Of a DNA stretch of 64,000 nt, positions 9,373-19,141 are shown in pieces. Source of the stretch: a virus. Its lineage: Duplodnaviria > Heunggongvirae > Uroviricota > Caudoviricetes. The position numbers were made by a program, and so were the translations under genes. The DNA lies in the IMG/VR virus record IMGVR_UViG_2802428878_000002. One strand, written 5' to 3'. The notes under the pieces were generated by a model that did not search any database, was not told where the DNA came from, and saw nothing but the letters and a program-made list of their open reading frames with translations. Every line of letters starts with the position of its first letter. The first letter of the stretch is position 1.

Positions 9373-10269
9373 ATGGCCCCGGTCCGCGCCTTCCCCCAAG
9401 GGCCGCAACGGCAGCTGCCGAAAACGGTGGCGCCGTTTCTCAACGAAACCGTGCTGTCATATGTCGCCAGGTTGGCCCACGCCAACCATCTGGCCACCGC
9501 CCAGCTGCGCCGCTACGTGGCCGGAACAGCCCACGGTCATCCACACCCGGATTGGCTTGCGGTGGCGGCTGGCCAGCCCGAACGGGTGCTGCGGGCACGG
9601 CTGCGGGGTTTTGCGGCCAACGAACGCACCTATCTGAACCAGACCACCAGTTTCCGGCCACTGTGCCGATTGTGCATGGCCCGCCGCGGCATTCACGAAC
9701 CCGTCTACTGCACCTTAGCGCCGCACATCACCGCATGCCAGCGCCACCAGCTCTGGATCGGGCCGCTCGTGCACACCCTGGACGACCAGAAATGCCTGCG
9801 CCACCAACCTCGCGTCCTCGCCGCGGCCCGTATCCACACTCAGCTAGTTCGCCGACACGGCGCGGCCGAAGTCCAGTCCACCGTGCGCCAAGTCCGCCAT
9901 TTCCTGAGCTACTGGGCCAATGCCGAACAATTGGCCATCAACCCATTCGAAGACAACAGTCTGTCGGCAAGTATCGCGGTGTATCCCGATCTCATTGAGA
10001 TCGCTGCGACACTGGCCATCCATCGTCAGCAGATTGCACAACATCCCATCAGGCGCCGAATCGCCTGGCCTCAGTTGCTTCTGCAGAAGATCAACGAACG
10101 CACCGGCCACGCCCACACCGACATCACCCCGATCGAACAGTGGGTGCACAATCAGCGGCTCACCGCAGCCATTCAGTCACCGACGGCAGATGGGATCAAG
10201 GACCGCGGGCAGTGCCGTCAGAACATCAGGTTCCGGACGATGAAAGACGTTCATTCCACGGCGATCTGA
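9373..10269 (+). CDS. tniQ: TniQ/TnsD-family target-selection protein
   Basis: N-terminal TniQ signature PFLNETVLSYVARLAHAN and a CxxC...C..H zinc motif. Follows tnsC directly. Confidence 0.75.
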   Translation: MAPVRAFPQGPQRQLPKTVAPFLNETVLSYVARLAHANHLATAQLRRYVAGTAHGHPHPDWLAVAAGQPERVLRARLRGFAANERTYLNQTTSFRPLCRLCMARRGIHEPVYCTLAPHITACQRHQLWIGPLVHTLDDQKCLRHQPRVLAAARIHTQLVRRHGAAEVQSTVRQVRHFLSYWANAEQLAINPFEDNSLSASIAVYPDLIEIAATLAIHRQQIAQHPIRRRIAWPQLLLQKINERTGHAHTDITPIEQWVHNQRLTAAIQSPTADGIKDRGQCRQNIRFRTMKDVHSTAI

Positions 10270-10573
10270 CCCATCAACACCGCGTTTACGCGGACCGAAT
10301 CCTATGGCTGGCTGGCGATTCGTCAGTTCAAAGGTCGGGCTCTCAGCCAAACCTAAGGGTCTGCTCGGCATGGTGAGGATCATGCACAATCCCGATGCCA
10401 GCAGAGTCACCTCGGCCGATCTTCGCCCCGGGGCGCCAACCATCGAGCACGACAGTTGGATGGTCGCCAAATCTGTGGTGTTCTGCGGCGCAGCGACCGC
10501 GATTGTCACTGCCATCGGCCTGATGGCCGAGGCATATCTGCTGTGACGTTGACTGGCGCTCAACGCGTTTGGG

Positions 10574-11383
10574 CTAGTCGCGGGCCAGCTCGTGGAGGTC
10601 TGGGTCGGGATTGTCCGTGGTGGTGGTGCGGGTCTTGCGGTATCCGAAGGCGATACCGATGACGAGGATCGCCAATAGTGCTGCCGAGGTGCCCCAGGTC
10701 CCCAGCGCTAGCCCTCCCTTGTCCAGTGGTTTGGACAGCAAGTCGCCCACGGTGGCCCCCAGGGGGCGGGTCAGGATGAATGCAGCCCAAAAGAGCAGGA
10801 CTCCGGAGATGTTGGTGAGATAGTGAGCGGCCAAGATGGTGGTCATCACGGCGGCGATTAGGGCTGCGCTGCCCCAGTAGCCCATCCCGGAGCTGTCGGC
10901 GAGGTAGTCGCCCAGGGAGGTGCCCAGGGTATTGGATAGCAGGATCGCCGCCCAGTAGAGGACTTCACCGCGCAAGGTGGTGATGTTGGCGACATCGAAA
11001 GTTTCCCGGGTCAGTTTCCAGATCGCAAACACGACAACGAGTCCGGTGATCAGAAGGACTGCGCCGGCTCCGTAGCCCAGGCCGTCGGCGGTGTCGGTGT
11101 CTGAGCCGGGGCCGCGGTTGATCAGATCGGACATGGTGGTGCCGGCGGTGCTGGTCGCGGCGATCACCGTCCAGTACAAGGCCGGATGGAACTGGCGGGC
11201 ACGCAGCTGTGCAAGAAGACTCACCACGAAGATCGCGATGAACAGGACTGAGGCTGCGGCGTAGCCCAGGCCCAAGGTTTGGGCGATCAGATCCCCGCCG
11301 GTTTCCCCGAGTGTGGTTGCGGCGATCTTCAAAACCCAGAACAGGGCTGTGACTTGGGGAAGTTTGTAATTCGATACGGCCAT
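10574..11383 (-). CDS. DUF347 / COG4705-like integral membrane protein with four tandem two-TM repeats, each carrying a conserved Trp
   Basis: Four internal repeats (LFWVLKIAATTLGETGGD; LYWTVIAATSTAG; LYWAAILLSNTLGTSLGD; LFWAAFILTRPLGATVGD) match the DUF347 repeat description. Confidence 0.7.
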   Translation of the reverse strand: MAVSNYKLPQVTALFWVLKIAATTLGETGGDLIAQTLGLGYAAASVLFIAIFVVSLLAQLRARQFHPALYWTVIAATSTAGTTMSDLINRGPGSDTDTADGLGYGAGAVLLITGLVVVFAIWKLTRETFDVANITTLRGEVLYWAAILLSNTLGTSLGDYLADSSGMGYWGSAALIAAVMTTILAAHYLTNISGVLLFWAAFILTRPLGATVGDLLSKPLDKGGLALGTWGTSAALLAILVIGIAFGYRKTRTTTTDNPDPDLHELARD

Positions 11384-11773
11384 GACCTGCCAAATCTGTT
11401 GTAGGTGTCAGCGATCTCGGCCGCACCTTAGTGGCGCGGGACTGAGGATTCGCTGAGAACCGGGGCGGTGTCGGCGCTCAGCGTTCTCACAGCGCTGCGA
11501 TGTCAACCTGATGGCATTCCCCGGGGCGATCGGCGCCCGGAGGCCAGCAGATACGCAGAAAGGCCCGATTATGACCACTGCCCGCCACGAGACAGCGATT
11601 CTGATCATCGGTGCTTTGATGTTGTTCGGTGCCGCGGCCACGGTGGCCGAGGCACAAGAGCGCGCACACGAACGTGCCGCGGTCTCGGTCAGTGAACCGG
11701 CACCAGTATTGGGTGCCGCGCATCCAGGGCTGTAAGACTGGACAGCGATCAAAGCTACACGGAAGGGCGCACG

Positions 11774-12451
11774 GTGCGGGTTCTGCTCGTTGAGGACGAA
11801 CCGCTGCTTGCCGACACGGTGACAGCCGGTCTGCGGGCCGAAGGATTTGTTGTGGTTACCGTCGGCGACGGGATCGACGGACTGTGGCAGGCCACCAACG
11901 AATCCTTCGACGTGATCGTCCTGGACATCATGTTGCCCGGGCTCAGCGGCTATGAGGTGCTCCGCAGAATGCGGGCCGCGCACGTGTGGACCCCGGTGTT
12001 GATGCTGACCGCCAAAGACGGCGACTACGACCAGACCGATGCCTTCGATTTGGGCGCCGATGACTATCTGACCAAACCGTTTTCGTTCATGGTGCTTACC
12101 GCACGCCTGCGCGCCTTGATACGCCGGGGCGCACCCAAACGTCCCGTCGTGCTCACCGCCGGCGAGATCTCACTAGATCCCACCCGCAGGGTCGTCGAAC
12201 GCGCCGGCAGCCCGGTGTCGTTGACACCGCGCGAATACGGTCTGCTCGAATACCTGTTACGTAACAAAGATGCCGCAGTCACCAAAACCGATATCCTGCA
12301 GAATGTTTGGGATAACCACTATGACGGCCCCGACAACGTCGTCGAAGTCTACGTCGGCTATCTTCGCCGCAAAATCGGCGCACACCTGATTATCACGGTC
12401 CGCGGCGTGGGCTACCGGCTTGAATCGGGCGAGTTCGCTTCCGACGGCTGA
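11774..12451 (+). CDS. OmpR/PhoB-family two-component response regulator
   Basis: Receiver domain (VEDEPLL...DVIVLDIMLPGLSG...LMLTAKD) followed by a winged-helix output domain (VEVYVGYLRRKI...RGVGYRL). Confidence 0.9.
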   Translation: MRVLLVEDEPLLADTVTAGLRAEGFVVVTVGDGIDGLWQATNESFDVIVLDIMLPGLSGYEVLRRMRAAHVWTPVLMLTAKDGDYDQTDAFDLGADDYLTKPFSFMVLTARLRALIRRGAPKRPVVLTAGEISLDPTRRVVERAGSPVSLTPREYGLLEYLLRNKDAAVTKTDILQNVWDNHYDGPDNVVEVYVGYLRRKIGAHLIITVRGVGYRLESGEFASDG

Positions 12452-12480
12452 CCACGTCCGCAGCGTTCGCCCCGCACGCG

Positions 12481-13908
12481 TTAGCGGCCTGAGTCGGCCG
12501 AGTTGACCAGCGGCAGCCGGACGGTCATCACCGTCCCACCGCCTGTACGGTCGCTGATATCTACCGTGCCCTTATGTGCGGCAACGATTTCGGCCACAAT
12601 GGCCAGACCCAGACCGCTGCCGCCGCCGTGCCGGGAACGGTCGGCATCCAGGCGCACAAACCGTTCAAACACACGCCCACGCTCGGTGACAGGGATTCCC
12701 GGACCGTCATCACAGACCTGCAGACATGTGCTGTCAGCGTCGGCACTGACCGCGATGGACACAGTAGTGCGGGCGTGCCGGGCCGCGTTGTCAGCCAGAT
12801 TACGCAGTACCCGTGCCAGCCCTAGCGCGTCTCCGGTGACTTTGACCGCCGCCAGATTCCCGGAAACCTGCAGCGACGTTTCTCGTTTAAGCCGCGCGAC
12901 TTCGGTGCTGGCCAGATCATCGAGATCGATCTCGGTGCGCCGCATCGGCAGCCCGTGCTCATCGGCTCTGGCAAGCAGCAGCAGATCTTCGACCAGGGAT
13001 TGCATTCGGTGAGCTTCGGGCAGCAAGGCCGTCTGCACGAGAGTCTTGTCGAACACCTCGGGATGGCTTTGAGCGATCTCTAAGGCCGAAATAACTGTTG
13101 CCAGTGGGCTTCTGAGCTCATGGGAGGCATCCCCGACGAACCGGCGCTGGGCGGTGTGCCCGGCTTCAATCCGTTCGAGCATCTTGTTCATCGTGGCCGC
13201 CAGCGCCGAAATCTCATCGGCGCGATCTGGCACGGGCACCCGCTCACTCAGATCGGAGGCGCTGATCTCCGAAACGCGGGAACGGATCGCATCGACCGAG
13301 CGCAGTGAGCGCCGCACCAGCAGATACGTCACCCCTGCGGCCACGACGGCCACAACAGGTGCGGTGATCGTCAGCATGGTGGCGACCGTCGAGGTCATCG
13401 ACTCGATCGGTTCAATACCGCCGCCCACCAACACCGTGTACCGGCCTTTGCGGCCATCCGCAGTCAGCGCAGCCACACGAATATCATCATCGGCAGTGGC
13501 AGAAACACCGACCTGGGAATTTCGGAAGTTATTGCCGCGCCACGATATTAGCGGCCCGTTGGGCGCCGAGTCCGAATGTCGCACGATCCGGCCTCTGGCA
13601 TCGATGACTTGGACAGCCACGATCCGCTGATCGGTGGCCAACAGCACCGACTCCAGTTCGTCAGGAGGTTCCTTCTTGAGCCGCTCGGCCACAGCCAACG
13701 CGCGCGAATTAGCCGCGTCATCAACATCGGCACACATCGACCGATACAGCAGCACCACCGATGCCGAGCCCACAACTACCAAGCTGGCCAGCACCACAAC
13801 GGCGGCCACCAGCGCCGAGCGAGTCGCGATCCCCCCACACCAGCGCCGCAAACGGGAGACCAACGCGCCAATGCGTACGCGGCCCTTCACCATCGGCTCC
13901 ACCCACAC
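12481..13908 (-). CDS. Sensor histidine kinase (two TM segments, HAMP, HisKA, HATPase_c)
   Basis: H-box FVGDASHELRSPLA, N-box LRNLADNAARHA, G-boxes DDGPGIP and GGSGLGLAIV. Convergent with the response regulator across a 30-bp gap. Confidence 0.9.
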   Translation of the reverse strand: MWVEPMVKGRVRIGALVSRLRRWCGGIATRSALVAAVVVLASLVVVGSASVVLLYRSMCADVDDAANSRALAVAERLKKEPPDELESVLLATDQRIVAVQVIDARGRIVRHSDSAPNGPLISWRGNNFRNSQVGVSATADDDIRVAALTADGRKGRYTVLVGGGIEPIESMTSTVATMLTITAPVVAVVAAGVTYLLVRRSLRSVDAIRSRVSEISASDLSERVPVPDRADEISALAATMNKMLERIEAGHTAQRRFVGDASHELRSPLATVISALEIAQSHPEVFDKTLVQTALLPEAHRMQSLVEDLLLLARADEHGLPMRRTEIDLDDLASTEVARLKRETSLQVSGNLAAVKVTGDALGLARVLRNLADNAARHARTTVSIAVSADADSTCLQVCDDGPGIPVTERGRVFERFVRLDADRSRHGGGSGLGLAIVAEIVAAHKGTVDISDRTGGGTVMTVRLPLVNSADSGR

Positions 13909-13967
13909 ATCACAGCCATTGGGTACCGCCTCACGGATGGCAACGACATCCCATAATCATTGCAGTC

Positions 13968-14429
13968 CTACGACCGCCCGGAGGCCGTCGGCGCAGGGAC
14001 AGGCGCAGCCGAGGACGGGGCGGGCGCCTGAGTACGTTCAGTACCCGGACGTACCCGCTGACCATCGCTTGACTTGCCCTCATCATCGCCGGCACGTCCG
14101 CCGTCGGCGGCCTCTCGACCTGCTCCACGCTCATCGATCTCGTCATCATCGTCGGCGTCATACCCATGCGATCGAGACTCGCTATGTCCGCGACCGTCTC
14201 GGCCATACTCATCACCAAACTCACTCCCAGCCCACACACCGGCACCGAACGTCAGACCTAGCACCGCCACCACAGCAGCTGCTGCACCAGCAATGGCCGC
14301 CGCCCGGGTAAACAGAGCCCACCTGGCTCTTTCCGGTACCCGGCCAGCATTCGGACTCAGTTCAGCGCCCTCAACATTCGCATCCTCGGGTGGTTCAGGG
14401 GACTCATTCGTGTCATCAATGTTCGACAT
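13968..14429 (-). CDS. small acidic membrane-anchored hypothetical protein upstream of the histidine kinase
   Basis: One hydrophobic segment (AAAIAGAAAAVVAVLGLTF). The opposite-strand His/Arg-rich ORF 13634-14311 was rejected. Confidence 0.4.
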   Translation of the reverse strand: MSNIDDTNESPEPPEDANVEGAELSPNAGRVPERARWALFTRAAAIAGAAAAVVAVLGLTFGAGVWAGSEFGDEYGRDGRGHSESRSHGYDADDDDEIDERGAGREAADGGRAGDDEGKSSDGQRVRPGTERTQAPAPSSAAPVPAPTASGRS

Positions 14430-14664
14430 GCCCCGACAATGCCCATCAGGCGCTGAGACTTCGCTGAGAACAAAGGCCCGTTACACCAAGCGCCAACCAC
14501 ATGACCGGCGCGTCACGTCGGCCATTGTTCGCACATACGTTCCATACTGAGAAGGCAAGAGAACAAGACGCCATGGTGCTCGGTCAGAGGAGCCCACTTA
14601 ATCGCTCCCGCCGCTCCCATAAGACCGACACGCCGCGACGATCCGTGTCGCATTCGGATGAGAC

Positions 14665-14892
14665 ATGTCTATAAAAGTAAGGAACGCAATAGGATTCAAG
14701 ATGAACCCAAAGTTTCAACGCGAGATCGACCGCGAGGTTCAAAGAAAGCTCGACAAGCTGGCCCGCAAATACGCACACCGGCCAGTCACAGAAATCGAAG
14801 CCGCCCTCAAATGCGAGGGAATCGATGAAACCCAAGCCAAAGTCCTGGCAGTAGCCATCAGCGAAGGCCGAACAATCAAGGTCGGTCAGTAA
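14665..14892 (+). CDS. small hypothetical protein (75 aa)
   Basis: ATG preceded by AAGGAA. Lies inside the transposon right-end region. Confidence 0.35.
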   Translation: MSIKVRNAIGFKMNPKFQREIDREVQRKLDKLARKYAHRPVTEIEAALKCEGIDETQAKVLAVAISEGRTIKVGQ

Positions 14893-15055
14893 CAAGACTG
14901 CGCCCGCACCCAGCCCCACCTGTGCGGTTCCCGGACCTACCCCACCGGACCGCGAAACCTGGAACCCAGGCAAACCGGGCTATCACGCTTGTGTCCACAG
15001 TTGATGAATCGCGGGATCGCGTACCGGTTTTCGCCCTGGGCAAGGCGCCGACTTA

Positions 15056-15161
15056 CCCCAGATTCAGTGAGAAAACGCCCGGATCAAATTCTCATCGAAT
15101 CTGGGGCACCGCAGGTCGGACCTCACCTCATGCCCCAGATCGGATGAGAATGGACAGCACA
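15056..15161. repeat. Right-end repeats: CCCCAGATTCAGTGAGAA (15056-15073), TTCTCATCGAATCTGGGG (15089-15106), CCCCAGATCGGATGAGAA (15133-15150), then the terminal ACA
   Basis: Read directly. These are inverted or direct copies of the left-end 18-mer. Confidence 0.55.
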
Positions 15162-15340
15162 ACCACACCTCGCCTTGGCGTATAGGTAAGGAATAGTTTC
15201 CCATCTAAATATTCGTCTGCGCAAACGCCCCTCAGCGCCGTGGGAATCGTGGATTTTCGGCGTACTCTGAGGTCAACGGAACCGCGCGTATGTTCAATTA
15301 CTCGGTGGAAAATCGTAAAAAATGATTTGAGGTTTTAAAA

Positions 15341-16459
15341 ATGGCTCGACAAGGTATTCAATCTGGCGGGGACGTACTTGTTAATTCCCTCGCAGACGGC
15401 ACAGATATTAATCTTGTCTGGGAAGAATTAATTACGGCGTTTTCGCTCTACAACGAGGAACGCACAACCATCGCGTCATTGTTGTCGTTTAAAACTACTA
15501 ACGCATCCGACGTTGTGGCACAAAGTATCGGGACCTCTTCTTTTGAGCGTGCGACAGAGCATGGTTTACCGAAGTCTGCCGGTACTCCCGCTGACGCGTT
15601 GCTTTTAGGCTACACGTTTGACGATTTCGATTTAAGAACAGCTTTTACTTGGAAATTTTTGCGCAGCGCCGACCGTCGTCAAGTTGACGCAGTAATTAAC
15701 GGCGTGATGGAGTCGGACAATAAGCTAGTCACCGGGACCATTCTTCGTCGCCTTTTCGATCCCACCGAGGGCACAAATGAATTCGGCGCGCGCGTTTTCG
15801 GTTTATATACGGGAAATGATGGAATTACGCCGCCAAATTTTCTAGGGAATCAGTTCCCCAGCAATACCAACCACTATCTGCCGACGCAGAACGCCACCAT
15901 TGATTCGCAGGACATCGAAGATGCGATGAACCTGATTCGCATCAAGGGGTACGGTCTGGATTCGTTGTCTCAGTTGCTCATCATCGCCAATCCTGTTGAA
16001 TCAGAACTGATTCAGACGTGGCGCTCCGGTAAGGAATCGCGTTCGGGTGGCCCAACCGCGAAACACGATTTCATCCCGTCCGTGAAAGCCCCGCCCTATC
16101 TCCAGCCTGAAAACATTGTGGGACAACCTATTTCGGGTGATTACTACGGTCGTGAGGTACTTGGGAGCTACGGCCCCGCCTGGCTGCTCGAAACCTCCTT
16201 CGTGCCTGCCGGTTACGTCGCAGTCGTCGCTTCCGGTGGACCGAACTCCGAGCGCAACGTAGTTGGTATGCGTGAGCTGCCGAACACCGCGTACCAGGGG
16301 TTGCGGACCATCCCCGGTAATTTTGCCGGCTATCCGCTCATTGACGCCTTCTACCAGCGCTCATTCGGCGTAGGTGTGCGCCAGCGTGGCGCAGCGGTGT
16401 GTTTGCAGGTCACCGCTGGCAGCACCTACACTGCGCCAACCGCGCTCATTCCGGTGTAG
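15341..16459 (+). CDS. hypothetical protein (372 aa); possibly a phage-type structural (capsid-like) protein
   Basis: Lower-GC gene with ATG preceded by GAGG. Composition is mixed alpha/beta, with no enzymatic motifs. The structural assignment is only an impression. Confidence 0.5.
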   Translation: MARQGIQSGGDVLVNSLADGTDINLVWEELITAFSLYNEERTTIASLLSFKTTNASDVVAQSIGTSSFERATEHGLPKSAGTPADALLLGYTFDDFDLRTAFTWKFLRSADRRQVDAVINGVMESDNKLVTGTILRRLFDPTEGTNEFGARVFGLYTGNDGITPPNFLGNQFPSNTNHYLPTQNATIDSQDIEDAMNLIRIKGYGLDSLSQLLIIANPVESELIQTWRSGKESRSGGPTAKHDFIPSVKAPPYLQPENIVGQPISGDYYGREVLGSYGPAWLLETSFVPAGYVAVVASGGPNSERNVVGMRELPNTAYQGLRTIPGNFAGYPLIDAFYQRSFGVGVRQRGAAVCLQVTAGSTYTAPTALIPV

Positions 16460-16679
16460 GCGGGTGTGTTGTGGCACAACATGATTCGGGTAACGTGCCG
16501 GTGGACTACACCGGCCCCCTACCTACCGGGGTCATACCCGCCAAGGCGAAGGATGCCAGTGAGTTCACCTACATGCCGGGGGAATGTCCCAGACGCTCCC
16601 CTGGTCGCTCGCCAGCGACCACCGACCGCACCGGCATTGCAGACGGCCCGCCCGGTCTGTACCCCGACAACGCTCCACG

Positions 16680-16994
16680 ATGACAGGACCGGCCATGAAG
16701 CGACGCACGTACAAGCGGGATCGGATAGGCCGATTCGCCAGCGCGGGAACCAAGGTGACCGGCGCAGCCCTCGGGGCTGGGATTGGTGTGGCTGTGGGGC
16801 CTAAGACGGCCCGGTCGGCGGTGCGTAAGGCCACTGTTCCCGGATCGGTGAAGGTCAATCGCACCTTGACCACCAGTCAGGCCGGGGTATCAGCGTCAGC
16901 GGCGTACGCGATAGGAGGTATCCGGGTCGATCTGGCTGGTAGCGCCACGATCACACGCCCGACGCCGACCGCTGGCCGAAAACGTGCCCGGTAG
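16680..16994 (+). CDS. small basic hypothetical protein (KRDRIGRFAS motif)
   Basis: Internal ATG of ORF 16584-16994. Gly/Ala-rich. Confidence 0.35.
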   Translation: MTGPAMKRRTYKRDRIGRFASAGTKVTGAALGAGIGVAVGPKTARSAVRKATVPGSVKVNRTLTTSQAGVSASAAYAIGGIRVDLAGSATITRPTPTAGRKRAR

Positions 16995-17093
16995 AGGGAT
17001 GCCCTTCTCTATCGGCACCCTGCGTCGCCGGGTCGAGCACTAAGCGGAGTCCTCCGCCTCCAACTGTGCTCCCCGGCGACGTTTCACATTCCG

Positions 17094-17594
17094 CTAATTC
17101 GCGAAGGAAACAGGCGTCCAATGCGCCATAAATTGAATGAAATCCAAATCAAGTGTACGTGATTGCAACGGCTGTGCTGGACATTGTTCTTCCACGTTTA
17201 GCTCTAGACGCCAAACTCTATGTTCTTTTGTGAGTCCTGTAATTATTTTCGTGCCCTGCTCACCTTTATCGTCCACCGATTTAAGAACATATTGACATCC
17301 TGCGCCTGGCATGGCTGCCCGCACGGTCTCATCTTGTTGCCGCTGCGTGGCTAGTTCTCTTGCGTCCGTCGTGTTGTTTCCGCGCACCACGTAAACCTTC
17401 GATACGTCGTGGGTGTTCAGGCCATCGACTATGAGTTGTGCCTTTTTCTGCTGTTGATCAGCCGGAAACGTTTTCAGAGACGTTGGGTCATCCTCGGGAA
17501 TGAAAAAGAAAAAGATGACCGCACCAGCAATGACAGCGAGAATGATCGCGACCAATGCGCCTAATGTCCATCGCAGCCTGCGTGTTTTGTTCAA
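17094..17594 (-). CDS. membrane-anchored hypothetical protein (N-terminal TM)
   Basis: N-terminal hydrophobic helix LGALVAIILAVIAGAVIFFFFI. Low-GC gene. Confidence 0.5.
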   Translation of the reverse strand: MNKTRRLRWTLGALVAIILAVIAGAVIFFFFIPEDDPTSLKTFPADQQQKKAQLIVDGLNTHDVSKVYVVRGNNTTDARELATQRQQDETVRAAMPGAGCQYVLKSVDDKGEQGTKIITGLTKEHRVWRLELNVEEQCPAQPLQSRTLDLDFIQFMAHWTPVSFAN

Positions 17595-17596
17595 TT

Positions 17597-18778
17597 CTAT
17601 TCACCCGGATATTTCACGTGTACAAATTCGACTTGTGCAGGTCCGCCCCAGAAATCGTCGGTATTCGGCCACCAATCATCGTGAACATTCCTCGGGTCGG
17701 CATGTTGATCAACCACATCGACACCGTTCATATTGCCCACGTACATTGCAACGTGATCAATTTTCCCCTCGTTGGTTCTGTAGTAAATCAAATCGCCTGG
17801 AGTCAAGCCAGCCTTAGAGGGGGCCAGCGGGTCATACCCGGTTGGCCCGGAAGTGGGGACAACGCCTTTTGTTTCTCCAAGTCCTGAATGCTGAGTGAAA
17901 TAGTCGTGGTTCGCGGCCGCGTTGTACCAAGTCTCAGACTCAACATTTTTGGGATTTAATGTGTTGTTATTGTAGTACCAATCATCAGGGTCGCCGTGAT
18001 GCCAATCGTCCAAGCCGTCCCCAACGTCTTTAAATCCACCGGCCCTCAACGCTTGCGAAACGAAATTCGTGCAATCTTGTTCATATTGCCGATAATCGCC
18101 GTTATAGCCATCGGCGAAAGCCTCGGCATAAATGATTGCCTTTTTTCGTTCTTCCGATAACCCCGGAGGAAATTGCAAACCGCCCGGAACTCTATCTCTT
18201 GAAAATCCGTCGTTACCTAACATTTGCGCGCCGCCCCGACTGAGCTTACGACCCTGCAACCCCGCAGCCTCGCCTTGGAGTTCACCCGCCACCTTGGCAG
18301 CAGTAGATGCCAAACCCTTTGCGTGCCAACGCATAAACTCGGTGAGTTGTTGAGCCTCGGCCTTGCGTGTGGCGCGCTGGCTATCCGATCCGCCCTGGTG
18401 GGTGTCGGTGGCCAGCAAGTCCTCGGAGACGGTATACCCTTTGCCCTCGGCCTCCTGTATGGCGTTCACCGTGGCTTCTTTGGCTCCCCGGATTTCCCCG
18501 GCCCCACGGCGGGCGATGGACGCGCATTCCCGATAGATCGACGCCTGTACCCGCACTGTGTCTTGCGCCTCGCGCGCGTCGTCATACGCCGACGTGGCAG
18601 CCTTGCCGGTCCAATCAGTGCCACCCGGTGCGGAAATGTTCGCTACATGCTGCGAAAAGGCCGTTTCGGATTGTCCTGCGGCCTTTTCCCATTGCGTAGC
18701 CGCGTCATCTAAATGTGTTGTGGACCAATTCAATATCTCAGACTTTGTCGGCATGGAGGCCGGAGCGATAGCCGCCAT
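17597..18778 (-). CDS. Putative secreted cell-wall amidase: WXG-like N-terminal helical domain fused to a PF12671-like putative amidase domain
   Basis: N-terminus contains GTDWTGKAATSAYDDA (a WxG motif). C-terminus contains CTNFVSQALRAGGF...WYNAAANHDYF...IDHVAMYVG (Cys-His amidase motifs). Confidence 0.65.
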   Translation of the reverse strand: MAAIAPASMPTKSEILNWSTTHLDDAATQWEKAAGQSETAFSQHVANISAPGGTDWTGKAATSAYDDAREAQDTVRVQASIYRECASIARRGAGEIRGAKEATVNAIQEAEGKGYTVSEDLLATDTHQGGSDSQRATRKAEAQQLTEFMRWHAKGLASTAAKVAGELQGEAAGLQGRKLSRGGAQMLGNDGFSRDRVPGGLQFPPGLSEERKKAIIYAEAFADGYNGDYRQYEQDCTNFVSQALRAGGFKDVGDGLDDWHHGDPDDWYYNNNTLNPKNVESETWYNAAANHDYFTQHSGLGETKGVVPTSGPTGYDPLAPSKAGLTPGDLIYYRTNEGKIDHVAMYVGNMNGVDVVDQHADPRNVHDDWWPNTDDFWGGPAQVEFVHVKYPGE

Positions 18779-19060
18779 TACGCCGTCCCACTGATTTTGC
18801 CAGCACTGCCCTTGTCGGTATCTTCGTACGCCGAGGCATCCGAGGCCAACGTTTGTGCACGTCCCGACAGATAGGCCGCGTGGTCGGCACGGGCGGCGTC
18901 AATGAGCGCTGAAACTGCTTGCACTGCACCTACAGTCGGATCGCTACTCGATCCACTGGCGGCGACGCTCGGCCCAACCAGCTCAGCGGCCAGACTCTCA
19001 CTGCGCGCCCCCGCCAGCCGTAGGCCGTCAGCATCGACGCTCAACCCGGACACCGCGCAC
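18778..19060 (-). CDS. EspC-like (PF10824-type) small ESX secretion-associated protein; start codon uncertain
   Basis: Motif xLSVDADGLRLAGARSESLAAEL...ALIDAARADHAAYL matches the EspC family pattern. Sits immediately upstream of, and overlapping, the WXG-amidase gene. Confidence 0.45.
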
Positions 19061-19141
19061 CCCCTCACGTTGATACAGCGACCCAAACCGCTGCTAGAGC
19101 GACTATACGCGATAGCCGGTGAACGGTGCGCGTGAGATGTT

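Larger units (their letters stand above)
5406..15161 (+). mobile_element. Tn7-like transposon (TnsA-like, TnsB, TnsC/TniB, TniQ) carrying a two-component system and a DUF347 membrane protein as cargo; boundaries approximate
   Basis: Four co-linear, translationally coupled transposition genes. Both ends carry 2-3 copies of an ~18-bp repeat, TTCTCAT(T/C)GAATCTGGGG or its inverse. Candidate termini are TGT at 5447 and ACA at 15159-15161. Confidence 0.6.

Noticed and set aside
13634-14311. 225-aa plus-strand His/Arg-rich ORF
   Set aside because: Overlaps the kinase tail and the small membrane-protein gene on the opposite strand; extreme H/R/P bias.
15341-16459. Calling a prophage structural module
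   Set aside because: Only one capsid-like candidate is present. No terminase, portal, tail or lysis cassette is evident, so the element is not called a prophage.
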